From an uncultured Methanoregulaceae archaeon (GTDB lineage Archaea; Halobacteriota; Methanomicrobia; Methanomicrobiales; Methanospirillaceae), in assembly GCA_963717525.1 (NCBI GenBank), contig OY970343.1:1568001-1632000 (forward strand): DNA of 64,000 nucleotides, written 5' to 3'. Under the pieces are notes generated by a model. It was not told the DNA's origin. It saw nothing but the letters and a program-made list of their open reading frames with translations, and did not search any database. A program made the position numbers and the translations under genes. Below, in pieces: positions 62,555-64,000 of this stretch (position 1 is the stretch's first letter; each line of letters starts with the position of its first letter).

Positions 62555-63052
62555 TCACCGGAACCGGTCATCGGACCTTGTATGGTGTGCATTGTGCGCG
62601 ACCGGTTCAAGCCAGCCGCAGCGCTTATCGGGATAAGAATCAAAGGCCGGCACATAGGGCTTGATATCCAGGAGCGGCGTGCCATCGAGAACGTCCACAT
62701 CCTCGATCGAGAGCGTGCACCCGTCAATACCGGTGAGCCGGACAACCGAGAGGCCGATCGCGTTGGGGCGTTTTGGCGACCGGGTCGCAAAAACGCCGCG
62801 GGGCACCGGATCGAGAAATGGCGTAACCTTCAGGGAATATCCTGAACACCGGTGGAGGGCATACAGCAGGATAATCCGTGAGAACCCGCCAAGGTCAGTG
62901 AGCCCCCCACAGAGGCCGGGTTCGAGCTCGATCGTTCCCTGCACGCCCCGTGCCCCGTTCGGCTGGATGGGCATGCCGGCGATATCCGAAAACGGTGAGT
63001 GGATCGTCCCAATCGGATGATATACAATGGCCGGGCCGGAAGCATCGTCCAT
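62555..63052 (-). CDS. trmO: tRNA m6t6A37 methyltransferase TrmO/TsaA
   Basis: PIGTIHSPF, GVFATRSPKRPNAIGLS, DVLDGTPLLDIKPY. Confidence 0.92.
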   Translation of the reverse strand: MDDASGPAIVYHPIGTIHSPFSDIAGMPIQPNGARGVQGTIELEPGLCGGLTDLGGFSRIILLYALHRCSGYSLKVTPFLDPVPRGVFATRSPKRPNAIGLSVVRLTGIDGCTLSIEDVDVLDGTPLLDIKPYVPAFDSYPDKRCGWLEPVAHNAHHTRSDDRFR

Positions 63053-63151
63053 GGATGAGGGTTTGACCTGTGAAGGTAAAAAATCCCGGTACCACTGGCC
63101 GGGAACTTCTTTAGGTATAACGATCAACGCTCCTTCCAAAGGGACACCCGC

Positions 63152-63922
63152 ATGGGACGGAATGCATTTTACCGGAAAGATAATCTCACAATCATCAACG
63201 AGGATGTCTTTGCCACCCGTGCCATCCCGGCGAAGGGGATCGACCTCGTGGTCACCTCGCCGCCGTACAATGTCGACATCAGGTACAACTCCCACGATGA
63301 CAAGCTCACGTATGCCGAGTACCTCGCCTTCTCGAAACGCTGGATGAAGCGCTGTTATCGGTGGCTCAGGACCGACGGTAGGTTCTGCCTCAACATCCCG
63401 CTTGACAAGAACAAGGGAGGCCAGCAGAGCGTTGGTGCCGATCTGACCACCATCGCAAAGGAATGCGGGTTCTCCTATCACTCCACCATCATCTGGAACG
63501 AAGGCAACATTTCGCGCCGGACCGCATGGGGATCGTGGGCGAGCGCCTCCGCGCCGTTCGTGATCGCTCCCGTGGAGCTGATTGTCGTACTATACAAGGA
63601 CTCGTGGAAGAAGACCAGCGGATCGCGGCAGTCTGATATCACGCGGGAGGAATTCATGGAATGGACAAACGGCCTGTGGACGTTCAACGGCGAACGCAAG
63701 ACCCGGATCGGACACCCCGCCCCCTTCCCGGTCGAGCTGCCGCTGCGATGCATGAAACTCTTTTCCTTTGTCGGCGATACCGTGCTCGACCCCTTCATGG
63801 GAAGCGGGAGTACGCTTGTGGCGGCCGCCCGCTGCAACCGCACCGCGATCGGGATCGAGATCGATCCGCACTACTGCGGGATTGCACAGCGCCGGATCGC
63901 GGAGGAAGGGCGGGAGGAATAA
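63152..63922 (+). CDS. N4/N6 DNA methyltransferase (beta order, SPPY motif, probably m4C)
   Basis: VVTSPPYN...HPAPFPVEL...VLDPFMGSGST...GIEID. No endonuclease upstream; downstream context lies outside the window. Confidence 0.9.
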   Translation: MGRNAFYRKDNLTIINEDVFATRAIPAKGIDLVVTSPPYNVDIRYNSHDDKLTYAEYLAFSKRWMKRCYRWLRTDGRFCLNIPLDKNKGGQQSVGADLTTIAKECGFSYHSTIIWNEGNISRRTAWGSWASASAPFVIAPVELIVVLYKDSWKKTSGSRQSDITREEFMEWTNGLWTFNGERKTRIGHPAPFPVELPLRCMKLFSFVGDTVLDPFMGSGSTLVAAARCNRTAIGIEIDPHYCGIAQRRIAEEGREE

Positions 63923-64000
63923 GGCGACCGACGAAGTCGTGCCGATAAATGCCCGGCACCACCAGTGGATTTTTTTTGAATAACACACTGTAAACTGTGA

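Overview
Core-genome window of a hydrogenotrophic methanogenic archaeon. Gene content and style point to Methanomicrobiales, probably Methanoregula-like; this is inferred, not searched. The window holds the start of the L3-L4-L23-L2-S19-L22-S3-L29-rnp1-S17-L14-L24-S4e ribosomal operon, the methanogenesis genes mtd, mer and frhADGB, iorAB, nadX/nadC, purL/purQ, thyA, ilvC, mptA, fibrillarin/Nop5/Cbf5, the PGF-CTERM S-layer gene, SRP RNA, six tRNAs and two solitary amino-DNA methyltransferases. I found no CRISPR array, transposase or prophage. Four observations stand out. (1) A ~530-nt non-coding region directly upstream of rpl3 is densely base-paired, with UUCG/GNRA-capped stems, a multibranch domain and a possible pseudoknot; it is a candidate large ribosomal leader or ncRNA. 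(2) Of about ten apparent single-base frameshifts in otherwise intact genes, five lie exactly at the C (or complementary G) of GTAC and one lies inside AGCT. This reads as a sequencing-error footprint of genome methylation, and the two orphan MTases are candidate writers. (3) A degenerate repeat array in strict 32-bp register lies between convergent genes after tRNA-Gln. (4) A ~690-bp convergent intergenic region carries a long hairpin and 11-bp GC/AT periodicity.
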